Source: Macrostomum lignano (lineage: Eukaryota). From it: 64,000 nt of DNA. The position numbers and the translations under genes are program-made. Shown here one piece after another: positions 12,301-22,999 of the stretch. The notes beneath the pieces are model-generated. The model ran no database searches. It was not told the origin of the DNA and worked only from the letters and a program-made list of their open reading frames with translations. Every line of letters starts with the position of its first letter. Positions within the stretch are counted from its first letter, which is position 1. The DNA lies in assembly GCA_002269645.1 (NCBI GenBank), contig NIVC01000874.1, positions 62,001-126,000 of the forward strand, read 5' to 3'.

Positions 12301-15300
12301 GTCAAGGGCCAGTTCAGCAACATGAGCATTGACCAGGTCGCTGTGGAGCTTCGCAAGCACGAAAGCCTGCAGCTGAACCCCAACTCATCCGATGCCAAAG
12401 CCTGGCAGGGAAATCCCTACCCGTTTGGCCTGGATCCCATCTGGCAGGTGAGCAGGGCTCAGGTGTCTGCAGCTGGTGTGTCTGCAGCTGGGTTGACTGC
12501 AGCTGGGGTGTCTGCAGCTGGGGTGTCTGCAGCTGGGGTGTCTGCAGCTGCGGTGTCTGTAGCTGTGGTGTCTGCAGCTGGGGTGTCTGCAGCTGGGGTG
12601 TCTGCAGCTGGGGTGACTGCAGCTGCGGTGTCTGTAGCTGTGGTGACTGCAGCTGGGGTGTCTAGCTGTGGTGTCTGCAGCTGGGGTGTCTGTAGCTGGG
12701 GTGTCTGCAGCTGGGGTGTCTGCAGCTGCGGTGTCTGTAGCTGTGGTGTCTGCAGCTGGGGTGTCTGCAGCTGGGGTGTCTGCAGCTGGGGTGACTGCAG
12801 CTGCGGTGTCTGTAGCTGTGGTGACTGCAGCTGGGGTGTCTAGCTGTGGTGTCTGCAGCTGGGGTGTCTGTAGCTGGGGTGTCTGCAGCTGGGGTGTCTG
12901 TAGCTGGGGTGTCTGTAGCTGGGGGTCGTCTGTAGCTGGGGGTGTCTGCAGCTGGGATGTCTGCAGCTGAGGGTTGTCTGCAGCTGGGATGTCTGCAACT
13001 GGGTGTCTGTAGCTGGGACGTTTGCAGCTGGGTGTCTGCAGCTGGTGGGTGCCGTGACTGAAGCGACCCCTTACCCTCTCGCACACAGGTGTCGGTGAAC
13101 AAGATAACCTTCAGCAACACGATCAAGATGAAGGCCTCCGTGGTGCTGGGCGTCATCCACATGGTTTTTGGCGTGTGCGTCGGCCTCACCAACCACCTGT
13201 ACAGACGGGATTTCTTGTCTGTGATTGGCGAGTTCGTGCCGCAGCTGCTGTTCATGATGGCCATGTTCGGCTACCTGGTGATCCTCATTGTGTACAAGTG
13301 GATCGCCTACTCCGGGCAAAACAGCAACTGCGCCCCCAACCTGCTTATTGGTGAGTCTAGGCTGTCTGCGACCCTGTCAGAGACTGTATATGACCCTGTC
13401 AGAGACTTATATGACCCAGTCAGAGACTGTATATGACCATGTCAGAGACTGTATATGACCCTGTCAGAGACTGTATATGACCCTGTCAGAGACTTATATG
13501 ACCCAGTCAGAGACTGTATATGACCATGTCAGAGACTTATATGACCCAGTCAGAGACTGTATATGACCATGTCAGAGACTGTATATGACCCTGTCAGAGA
13601 CTGTATATGACCATGTCAGAGACTATATGACCCTGTCAGAGACTGTATATGACCATGTCAGAGACTGTATATGACCATGTCAGAGACTGTATATGACCCT
13701 GTCAGAGACTATATGACCATGTCAGAGACTATATGACCCTGTCAGAGACTGTATATGACCATGTCAGAGACTGTATATGACCCTGTCAGAGACTGTATAT
13801 GACCATGTCAGAGACTGTATGTGACCATGTCAGAGACTATATGACCATGTCAGAGACTGTATGTGACCATGTCAGAGACTGTATGTGACCATGTCAGAGA
13901 CTATATGACCATGTCAGAGACTGTATGTGACCATGTCAGAGACTGTATGTGACCATGTCAGAGACTGTATGTGACCATGTCAGAGACTGTATGTGACCAT
14001 GTCAGAGACTGTATGTGACCATGTCAGAGACTATATGACCATGTCAGAGACTGTATGTGACCATGTCAGAGACTGTATATGATCCTTTCAGAGACTGTAT
14101 ATGACCCTGTCAGAGACTGTATATGACCCTGTCAGACTGTACATAGTTCTGTTAGAGCCTGTAAGTCACTGGCAGATTTTATTAACAGCTGTCCGAAAGT
14201 GCATAGTGGTTGCCATGCAAATGCAGGGCAGTCAATTGCACACAATTCCATGCAAACACGCTACTGACAGTAGTTGACTTCGCCATCGCCACCCCTTGCC
14301 AGGCCTCATCAACATGTTCCTAGTCAAGTACCAAGATCCGCCAGAGAACTGCGATGTGATTTACCACGGCTATAAGCCTGTGCAGATCGTACTGCTCCTG
14401 CTCATCGTCATCTGCGTGCCCTGGATGCTGCTTACCAAGCCGCTGGTGCTTCGCGCCAGGCACAAGAACCGGCAGCACCAGCACCAGCTGCGCGGCCCGC
14501 CCGCCGCCACCCCGGTCGGCGACCAGACTGAGGTGACCCATCACCAGACCGTCGATATGGCTGGCCAACACGGAGCCGAGGAGGAGGAAGAAGTGAGGCT
14601 CTCCAATTCTCAGTTGCTGGGCCAGCCTCCCAGATCCTCAGTTGCTGGGCCAGCCTCCCAGTTCCTCAGTTGCTGGTCCAGCCTCCCAGATCCTCAGTTG
14701 CTGGGCCAGCCTCCCAGATCCCCAGTTGCTGGGCCAGCCTCCCAGATCCTCAGTTGCTGGGCCAGCCTCCCAGATCCTCAGTTGCTGGGCCAGCCTCCCA
14801 GATCCTCAGTTGCTGGGCCAGCCTCCCAGATCCCCAGTTGCTGGGCCAGCCTCCCAGATCCTCAGTTGCTGGGCCAGCCTCCCAGATCCTCAGTTGCTGG
14901 GCCAGCCTCCCAGATCCCCAGTTGCTGTGCCAGCCCTCAGGGCCCGAAGCTTTAAATTGCAAGATATTACAGTTTCGAATTCCCCAATAAAGCGGTTTGG
15001 AGTCTGTCACATCCGCTCCACCGCCCGCAGTTTGACATCGGCGAGATCTTCGTGCACCAGACGATCCACACGATCGAGTACTGCCTGGGCTGCATCTCCA
15101 ACACGGCCAGCTACCTGCGCCTGTGGGCCCTGTCCCTGGCCCACGCCCAGCTGTCCGAGGTGCTGTGGACCATGGTGCTGGCCATCGGGCTCAAGCAGGA
15201 GGGCTTCGTCGGCTCCGTCATGCTGTTCTTCGTGTTCTTCTTCTGGGCCGTGCTGACTGTCTGCGTGCTGCTGCTGATGGAGGGCCTCTCCGCCTTCCTG

Positions 15301-15405
15301 CACGCGCTGCGCCTGCACTGGGTGGAGTTCATGAACAAGTTCTACCAGGGCGAGGGGCACAAGTTCGAGCCCTTCAATTTCAACTCTGTGGAGCCGGACG
15401 CCTGA
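5930..15405 (+). CDS. ATP6V0A1: V-type proton ATPase 116 kDa subunit a (V0 a), spliced gene, ~860 aa
   Basis: Motifs [122 protein letters not shown]. Exons 5930-6352, (7318-7472 or 9485-9636), 10991-11500, 11877-12447, 13089-13350, 14303-14592 and 15031-15405 are all GT-AG with matching phases; the sum with exon 2b is 2583 nt (860 aa + stop). The symbol denotes the family/closest paralogue only. Confidence 0.96.
6359..6597. repeat. ~18-bp minisatellite (ggggtgactcatttggat)
   Basis: About 12 degenerate units starting a few nt after the exon 1 donor; most contain TGACTCA. Confidence 0.9.
7318..7472 (+). CDS. ATP6V0A1: V-ATPase a, candidate alternative exon 2a
   Basis: gccttag|ACA...CTT CA|gtgagt, phase 0 to phase 2, 155 nt, open and GC-rich. 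Encodes TVDQHRGG...[26 protein letters not shown](Q), which joins FLAGV in frame. Confidence 0.75.
7578..9218. repeat. 26-bp minisatellite (ctactatggaaaattccattgca[a/g]tg)
   Basis: About 60 highly homogeneous units; source of the repetitive ORFs 7784-9276. Confidence 0.97.
9485..9636 (+). CDS. ATP6V0A1: V-ATPase a, candidate alternative exon 2b
   Basis: ccaaag|GCG (or gcgcag|GGC at 9491)...TTT GA|gtgagt, phase 0 to phase 2. Encodes [16 protein letters not shown]...[17 protein letters not shown](E), which joins FLAGV in frame. A ctgac branch-point-like motif lies upstream. Confidence 0.8.
9905..10700. repeat. 44-bp minisatellite (cagacctctgttgacccattattcacctctctgctgaatcaccc)
   Basis: Period 44 (9911 to 9955), with variant units. 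Confidence 0.93.
10991..11500 (+). CDS. ATP6V0A1: V-ATPase a, exon 3
   Basis: cccgcag|A TTC TTG GCC ... CGC AG|gtgaga; conserved [18 protein letters not shown]. Confidence 0.95.
11533..11852. repeat. 50-bp minisatellite
   Basis: gtgcgcacaagctactgtcagtagtgcagtacagtgtatagtgtactaat, about 6 copies. Confidence 0.93.
11877..12447 (+). CDS. ATP6V0A1: V-ATPase a, exon 4
   Basis: cccgcag|A GGC ACA ... TGG CAG|gtgagc; contains PPTYFRVNK and GDFGHG. Confidence 0.95.
12462..13046. repeat. 15-bp minisatellite (gtgtctgcagctggg)
   Basis: About 38 units filling intron 12448-13088. Confidence 0.95.
13089..13350 (+). CDS. ATP6V0A1: V-ATPase a, exon 5
   Basis: cacacag|GTG ... ATT G|gtgagt; encodes [19 protein letters not shown]. 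Confidence 0.95.
13370..14138. repeat. 22-bp minisatellite (atatgaccctgtcagagactgt)
   Basis: About 35 units, with 20-bp variants. Confidence 0.95.
14303..14592 (+). CDS. ATP6V0A1: V-ATPase a, exon 6
   Basis: ttgccag|GC CTC ATC AAC ATG ... GAA|gtgagg; contains [10 protein letters not shown]. Confidence 0.93.
14607..14935. repeat. 28-bp minisatellite (cccagatcctcagttgctgggccagcct)
   Basis: About 12 units in the last V-ATPase intron. Confidence 0.95.
15031..15405 (+). CDS. ATP6V0A1: V-ATPase a, last exon
   Basis: cccgcag|TTT GAC ATC GGC to TGA; contains the essential Arg motif SYLRLWAL. Confidence 0.95.
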   Translation, partial: FDIGEIFVHQTIHTIEYCLGCISNTASYLRLWALSLAHAQLSEVLWTMVLAIGLKQEGFVGSVMLFFVFFFWAVLTVCVLLLMEGLSAFLHALRLHWVEFMNKFYQGEGHKFEPFNFNSVEPDA

Positions 15406-15654
15406 GGCCCCTCGAGCTGCTTTGGTAGATGCGACTGGCTGACTGTGTTTCCTAAGACTGTGTTGGGTTATGAGAACAAAGACTTGAGGCTATTTTTAAA
15501 CAATATTTATCCACACTGGGTGTTGTGCGTCAGGTTCCGGTCTTGAGTTTTGTCATTATTATTCAGTTATTTTTGCACTTGGATGTTTTCTAATTTATAT
15601 TTAGCCCGCGTGTGTTGGAACTTGAAGTTTGGGGTCAGACTGGAGCTTGTAGTG

Positions 15655-16762
15655 TGTCAGACCTATATGGTTAGTGTCAGACCCATATGTTTAGTATCAG
15701 GCCCATATGGTTAGTGTCAGACCCATATGGTTAGTGTCAGACCTATATGGTTAGTGTCAGACCCATCTGGTTAGTGTCAGACCCAAATGGTTAGTATCAG
15801 ACCCATATGGTTAGTGTCAGACCCATATGGTTAATGTCAGACCCATATGGTTAGTGTCAGACCCATATGGTTAGTGTCAGACCCATATGGTTAGTGTCAG
15901 ACCCATATGATTAGTGTCAGACCCATATGGTTAGTGTCAGATCCATATGGTTAGTATCAGACCCATATGGTTAGTATCAGACCCATATGGTTAGTGTCAG
16001 ACCCATATGGTTAGTGTCAGACCCATATGGTTAGTGTAAACCCCATATGGTTAGTGTCAGACCCATATGGTTAGTGTCAGACCCATATGGTTAGTATCAG
16101 ACCCATATGGTTAGTGTCAACCCCATATGGTTAGTGTCAGACCCATATGGTTAGTGTCGACCCCATATGGTTAGTGTCAGACCCATATGGTTAGTGTCAG
16201 ACCCATATGGTTAGTGTCAACCCCATATGGTTAGTGTCAGACCCATATGGTTAGTGTCAGACCCATATGGTTAGTGTCAGACCCATATGGTTAGTGTCAG
16301 ACCCATATGGTTAGTGTCAAACCCATATGGTTAGTGTCAGACCCATATGGTTAGTGTCAAGCCCATATGTGTCAGGTTATGTGTTCAAGTGTCAGACCCA
16401 TATGGTTAGTGTCAGACCCATATGGTTAGTGTCAGACCCATATGATTAGTGTCAGACCCATATGGTTAGTGTCAGACCCATATGGTTAGTATCAGACCCA
16501 TATGGTTAGTGTCAACCCCATATGGTTAGTGTCAGACCCATATGGTTAGTTTCAACCCCATATGGTTAGTGTCAGACCCATATGGTTAGTGTCAGACCCA
16601 TATGGTTAGTGTCAGACCCATATGGTTAGTGTCAACCCCATATGGTTAGTGTCAGACCCATATGGTTAGTGTCAAACCCATATGGTTAGTGTCAGACCCA
16701 TATGGTTAGTGTCAAACCCATATGGTTAGTGTCAGACCCATATGGTTAGTGTCAGACCCATA
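15655..16762. repeat. 20-bp minisatellite (cagacccatatggttagtgt)
   Basis: About 54 units. The same short interruption (gtgtcaggttatgtgtt) occurs at ~16370 and at the array end ~16765. Confidence 0.96.
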
Positions 16763-17317
16763 TGTGTCAGGTTATGTGTTTAAGTGTCAGACGCATAGCG
16801 GCAGTTTCAATTCACCAGCTCGTTACTTGGTCAAAATCAATCGTGTTAAACTCTCTCTCTCTGAAATGAAATTTTGCTGTCAGTTGTCTTCTGTCTGTCC
16901 CAGTGGCCCCAGTGCTTATTCAGTTGATTATTTGATTGAAATTTCCTCAATAATCCCCGTTTGTGTGTTTAATTATTCTGTTTTACTCGATTGATTGACT
17001 CCCTGACTCGCAAATTTAATCCAATTTTTCAGTTCCTCGTGTTTCAATCGCTTCCTCCGAAATTGCGCTGTCAAAATCCTTTGTGAAGCCCTAAAATATT
17101 TATTCACATATCTATTGTGATCTTTTGGTGTTCCAGCATTCACTAAATATTAGAATATTTAATTAAATTATTAATTGTCATTACTATATTGATGTCAGCG
17201 TCTGTGCCAGTGTCTTAGCAAACTTTCTGCAATTTCAACCGTTTCTTGCTTATTTATAAACTTTCTTTGCAGATTGGCGTGATTCAATAGTTTTTTCACA
17301 AGCTCTGCGGTGAACAG

Positions 17318-18859
17318 CCTGAGAATCAGGGTTGGCAGTGTGAGCTGCAGTGGGTGAGCATTTTGTGAATCAGGGTTGGCATTGTGAGCAGCCTGAGAAT
17401 CAGGGTTGGCAGTGTGAGCTGCAGTGGGTGAGCATTTTGTGAATCAGGGTTGGCATTGTGAGCAGCCTGAGAATCAGGGTTGGCAGTGTGAACTGCAGTG
17501 GGTGAGCATTTTGTGAATCAGGGTTGGCATTGTGAGCAGCCTGAGAATCAGGGTTGGCAGTGTGAGCTGCAGTGGGTGAGCATTTTGTGAATCAGGGTTG
17601 GCATTGTGAGCAGCCTGAGAATCAGGGTTGGCAGTGTGAGCTGCAGTGGGTGAGCAGGTTGTGAATCAGGGTTGGCAGTGTGAGCTGCAGTGGGTGAGCA
17701 TTTTGTGAATCAGGGTTGGCATTGTGAGCAGCCTGAGAATCAGGGTTGGCAGTGTGAGCTGCAGTGGGTGAGCATTTTGTGAATCAGGGTTGGCAGTGTG
17801 AGCTGCAGTGGGTGAGCAGGTTGTGAATCAGGGTTGGCAGTGTGAGCTGCAGTGGGTGAGCATTTTGTGAATCAGGGTTGGCATTGTGAGCAGCCTGAGA
17901 ATCAGGGTTGGCAGTGTGAGCTGCAGTGGGTGAGCATTTTGTGAATCAGGGTTGGCATTGTGAGCAGCCTGAGAATCAGGGTTGGCAGTGTGAGCTGCAG
18001 TGGGTGAGCAGGTTGTGAATCAGGGTTGGCAGTGTGAGCTGCAGTGGGTGAGCATTTTGTGAATCAGGGTTGGCATTGTGAGCTGCAGTGGGTGAGCATT
18101 TTGTGAATCAGGGTTGGGATTGTGAGCAGCCTGAGAATCAGGGTTGGCAGTGTGAGCTGCAGTGGGTGAGCAGGTTGTGAATCAGGGTTGGCAGTGTGAG
18201 CTGCAGTGGGTGAGCATTTTGTGAATCAGGGTTGGCATTGTGAGCTGCAGTGGGTGAGCATTTTGTGAATCAGGGTTGGCATTGTGAGCAGCCTGAGAAT
18301 CAGGGTTGGCAGTGTGAGCTGCAGTGGGTGAGCAGGTTGTGAATCAGGGTTGGCATTGTGAGCTGCAGTGGGTGAGCATTTTGTGAATCAGGGTTGGCAT
18401 TGTGAGCAGCCTGAGAATCAGGGTTGGCAGTGTGAGCTGCAGTGGGTGAGCAGGTTGTGAATCAGGGTTGGCAGTGTGAGCTGCAGTGGGTGAGCATTTT
18501 GTGAATCAGGGTTGGCAGTGTGAGCTGCAGTGGGTGAGCATTTTGTGAATCAGGGTTGGCAGTGTGAGCTGCAGTGGGTGAGCATTTTGAGAATCAGGGT
18601 TGGCAGTGTGAGCTGCAGTGGGTGAGCATTTTGTGAATCAGGGTTGGCATTGTGAGCAGCCTGAGAATCAGGGTTGGCAGTGTGAGCTGCAGTGGGTGAG
18701 CATTTTGTGAATCAGGGTTGGCATTGTGAGCAGCCTGAGAATCAGGGTTGGCAGTGTGAACTGCAATGGGTGAGCATTTTGTGAATCAGGGTTGGCATTG
18801 TGAGCAGCCTGAGAATCAGGGTTGGCAGTGTGATCTGCAGTGGGTGAGCAGCCTGAGAA
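17318..18859. repeat. Composite minisatellite of 44-bp and 30-bp related monomers (74-bp higher-order unit)
   Basis: gaatcagggttggcagtgtgagctgcagtgggtgagcattttgt interleaved with gaatcagggttggcattgtgagcagcctga. Confidence 0.93.
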
Positions 18860-19189
18860 TTTAAAAAGATTGATCAGAAAAGAAAGCAAGCCATTTCAAA
18901 TTTGGAATCGGAAAGATTTTGCCGAAGTGCATAAGTTTGTCTTCATTGTATTGAGCAGTTCAATGTGTCTTGGATGGGCCATCGGAGGGGGGGTGGCACG
19001 AGGCTCGCACGGTGCATTAAAAAATCACAGCAAAAGGTGGTTCGCAGCAGCAGAAATTCATGCAAAGCAGTGTTGAAACAGACAGCGCAGTGGAAACAAA
19101 CAGAATAAAAAATTGAATTATGAACGCATCAACCCATTGGCGTCTTTACGGCATAGCAACAAAGATATTTGTAAATATTTTCATAACAG

Positions 19190-22100
19190 CATTTTTGTAT
19201 CCAAAGCCAAAGCCGTCGTTGCTGCGCAGGTGAAATTGCCATCGTTTTACGACGTAATGTGAATTGACAAAATATAATAGAAGTCAGAAAGAAGACCCGC
19301 ACAAACTGGCACTGAGAGTTCTTACAAATAAGTTCTGGAGTCTGAATTTCTGGATCAGGGACCGGCCTTGGGCCAGAGACTGTTGATCACAATCTGGGGC
19401 CAGAGGGTCTGGGATCGGAGGGTTTATGTCAGTCAGAGTCAGAGAGGGTCTGGGATCTGGGATCGGAGGGTTTATGTCAGAGTCTGGAGTCTGAGGGTCT
19501 GGGTCAGAGTCTGGGATCGGAGGTCTGGGTCAGAGTCTGGGATCGGAGGTCTGGGTCAGAGTCTGGGATCGGAGGTCTGGGTCAGAGTCTGGGATCGGAG
19601 GTCTGGGTCAGAGTCTGGGATCGGAGGTCTGGGTCAGAGTCTGGGATCGGAGGTCTGGGTCAGAGTCTGGGATCGGAGGTCTGGGTCAGAGTCTGGGATC
19701 GGAGGTCTGGGTCAGAGTCTGGGAACGGAGGTCTGGGTCAGAGTCTGGGATCGGAGGTCTGGGTCAGAGTCTGGGATCGGAGGTCTGGGTCAGAGTCTGG
19801 GATCGGAGGTCTGGGTCAGAGTCTGGGATCGGAGATCTGGGTCAGAGTCTGGGATCGGAGGTCTGGGTCAGAGTCTGGGATCGGAGGTCTGGGTCAGAGT
19901 CTGGGATCGGAGGTCTGGGTCAGAGTCTGGGATCGGAGGTCTGGGTCAGAGTCTGGGATCGGAGGTCTGGGTCAGAGTCTGGGATCGGAGGTCTGGGTCA
20001 GAGTCTGGGATCGGAGGTCTGGGTCAGAGTCTGGGATCGGAGGTCTGGGTCAGAGTCTGGGAACGGAGGTCTGGGTCAGAGTCTGGGATCGGAGGTCTGG
20101 GTCAGAGTCTGGGATCGGAGGTCTGGGTCAGAGTCTGGGATCGGAGGTCTGGGTCAGAGTCTGGGATCGGAGATCTGGGTCAGAGTCTGGGATCGGAGGT
20201 CTGGGTCAGAGTCTGGGATCGGAGGTCTGGGTCAGAGTCTGGGATCGGAGGTCTGGGTCAGAGTCTGGGATCGGAGGTCTGGGTCAGAGTCTGGGATCGG
20301 AGGTCTGGGTCAGAGTCTGGGATCGGAGGTCTGGGTCAGAGTCTGGGATCGGAGGTCTGGGTCAGAGTCTGGGATCGGAGGTCTGGGTCAGAGTCTGGGA
20401 TCGGAGGTCTGGGTCAGAGTCTGGGAACGGAGGTCTGGGTCAGAGTCTGGGATCGGAGGTCTGGGTCAGAGTCTGGGATCGGGGTCTGGGTCAGAGTCTG
20501 GGATCGGAGGTCTGGGTCAGAGTCTGGGATCGGAGGTCTGGGTCAGAGTCTGGGATCGGAGGTCTGGGTCAGAGTCTGGGATCGGAGGTCTGGGTCAGAG
20601 TCTGGGATCGGAGGTCTGGGTCAGAGTCTGGGATCGGAGGTCTGGGTCAGAGTCTGGGATCGGAGGTCTGGGTCAGAGTCTGGGATCGGAGGTCTGGGTC
20701 AGAGTCTGGGATCGGAGGTCTGGGTCAGAGTCTAGGATCGGAGGTCTGGGTCAGAGTCTGGGATCGGGGGTCTGGGTCAGAGTCTGGGATCGGAGGTCTG
20801 GGTCAGAGTCTGGGATCGGAGGTCTGGTTCAGAGTCTGGGGTCAGTCTGTGGTCATGCATGTACATGTAAGCGGGACATTTTGGGTTTCTCCAGAGAGGT
20901 CTAAAGAAACAATTCGCCCAGCTGCAGAGGAAAAATCACGCTCAGTCTCAGTTTCTGTGGCACGCAGCGGCAGTCGCAGATTTGCTTGGTAAAATTGGAA
21001 AATAATAATCTAATTATTCTTGGTCAACTTAAGCAACAGACAGAAGTTGGAGGGAGAAATGATGAGGCAACAGAGGCTGAAGGGAATTCTCCAGCCGCGG
21101 TGATCAGCGGCGGGACGCCACCGACCTCGAGGCTGAGGCGAACAGGCGGTGCGCGGCGCTGCTGGGGCGGCTGGGCAGGTGGGCGGGGCCGCGGCTGCTG
21201 CCGCTGACGACGGCCGACACGGCGGAGCGTCCGGGCTGCGGGAATTTTATGAATATTTGGGTTGAATTCGTTTCATAATGCGGACAGAGTTCACACTACA
21301 CTACTGATGCAGTAGCGATGCGTGAGTTTGCAATGATATATTTGCTGCGTAATTTTGATAATCAGTCAATTAATGGTCGAATCTTGGGCGACAATGTCCC
21401 AGCGAAAAAAACCATGTATTAAGCAACCAAGCAATGGATAAATAAATGAATACGAGTACACAAGCCATTTATCAGTCAGTCAGTCGGTGCTAAGCTAGCA
21501 AGTGTCTGCAGTCACAGATTAGAGAATGAAATGCTCCATCAGTCAAGTGTGGCGTGCAAGTTTGAACCAAACAAATACATTGTAAGACTGACGTGCACAA
21601 GAAACAGGTAATTGAAAATCAAAATCAGGATTAAAAAGCAGAAATCAAAGCTTTCAAAAGAATAGAAATTTTCCAGATCAAAACTTTACCGGCAATGTGT
21701 TTCAATTTTTTAGAATTTCTAGGAAATCGCGCAGCGCAAACTCTAATTATTGTATTTACTGAGCGGTTTGAGACAAAAAACCTTTGAGTCCAGGCCGGCC
21801 GACCGAGATTGCTTAGAAGGACAACCTATTGATGGAGAGGTACGAAGTTTCGCTCCGCAGGAGACTGGGAAATCTGAAATTAGCCGCGTGCATTGGCCTC
21901 TGGCTTTGGCTTTGGCTTTGGCTTTGGCTTGGCTTTGGCTTTGGCCTTGGTTGGCTTTACTCGTAGCTCTGGCTCTGGCTTTGGCTTTGGCTCTGGCTCC
22001 GGCTTTGGCTTTGGCTTTTGCTTGGCTTTGGCTTTGGCTTTGGCTTTGGCTTTGGCTTTGGCTTTGGCTCTGGCTTTTGCTTTGGCTTTGGCTTTGGCTC

Positions 22101-22536
22101 TGGCTTTGGCTTGGCTTTGGCTTTGGCTCTGGCTTTTGCTTTGGCTTTGGCTTTGGCTCTGGTTTTGGCTCTGGCTCTGACTTTGGCTCTGGCTTTGGCT
22201 CTGGCTTTGGCTCTGGCTTTGGCTTTGGCTCTGGCTTTGGCTCTGGCTTTGGCTCTGGCTTTGGCCTTGGCTTTGGCTTTGGCTCTGGCTTTGGCTCTGG
22301 CTTTGGCTTTGGCTTTGGCTTGGCTTTGGCTTTGGCTTTGGCTTCGACTCTGGCCTTTGCTTTGGCTTTGGCTTTGGCTTGGCTTTGGCTTGGCTTTGGC
22401 TTGGCTTTGGCTTTGGCTTTGATTTTCTCACTCTCCCGCCGCGACTCTTGGTTTGATTCCGCGCGGCCAGGAGGTTTTGCGGTTCTCGCACATAATTAGG
22501 GACAGCCCCCGAGGCACACAGAGTGCACATGCCTGA
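19190..22536 (+). CDS. Putative unannotated small-exon gene (3' part), product unknown
   Basis: GT-AG bounded segments between the arrays: 19190-19229, 20895-20988, ~21044/21095-21178, 21794-21839 and 22471-22536 (stop). The first two join in phase, and the last three join in phase; the middle junction is ambiguous. Confidence 0.35.
19400..20838. repeat. 26-bp minisatellite (ctgggtcagagtctgggatcggaggt)
   Basis: About 53 near-identical units; source of ORF 19368-20735. Confidence 0.96.
21895..22420. repeat. Hexamer microsatellite (TTTGGC/TCTGGC)n
   Basis: About 85 units; explains the LALAL/GFGFG/SQSQ ORFs. Confidence 0.96.
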
Positions 22537-22999
22537 CGATTTGAAAGTCAGGGCCGCTGTACACCCGTGTGAGCAAAGCCTGTGCTCGGGAGTCAGGGGA
22601 ATGGGCAGAATTGCCTCAGCGCTGGCTGTGGGCGGGTGTTGCACCAGGATGCCCGCAGCCCTCCTGTGAACATTGCTGATTTCATTTCGAAAACTTTGTT
22701 TGAACTCAAACTTTCAAGTTCGAGCTGGTTAACAGCACTCATGACGCAGGTTCATCAAACAAAAGTTAGTCATAGCGGCAAATCTTGGATCAAATAAATC
22801 TTGCGGGTTAGTCACGACAGAGCCAGCGTGTTATTAGCGAGACCTTAGGCGGCATACTTACATTACAGTGTAAGGGTTTTGAGGGCTTGGCTGGGGGGCT
22901 GCTTCTGGCCCAGCCCTACATGGCTATGAGACGGATGGGACTCGATTTCCTGAAATATTTTTGTTGTCAGTATGCAAAATTCGACACTGAACAACTAGT

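Noticed and set aside
10892-12360. Minus-strand ORFs overlapping V-ATPase exons
   Set aside because: Antisense shadows of GC3-rich coding sequence.
19368-20735. 455-aa ORF ([13 protein letters not shown] repeats)
   Set aside because: Translation of a 26-bp minisatellite; no ATG start and no non-repetitive domain.
21895-22420. Interstitial telomere repeat
   Set aside because: TTTGGC only resembles TTAGGC/TTAGGG; no canonical telomeric hexamers are present in the array.
21750-22644. LALAL / GFGFG / SQSQ low-complexity ORFs
   Set aside because: Translations of the (TTTGGC)n microsatellite.
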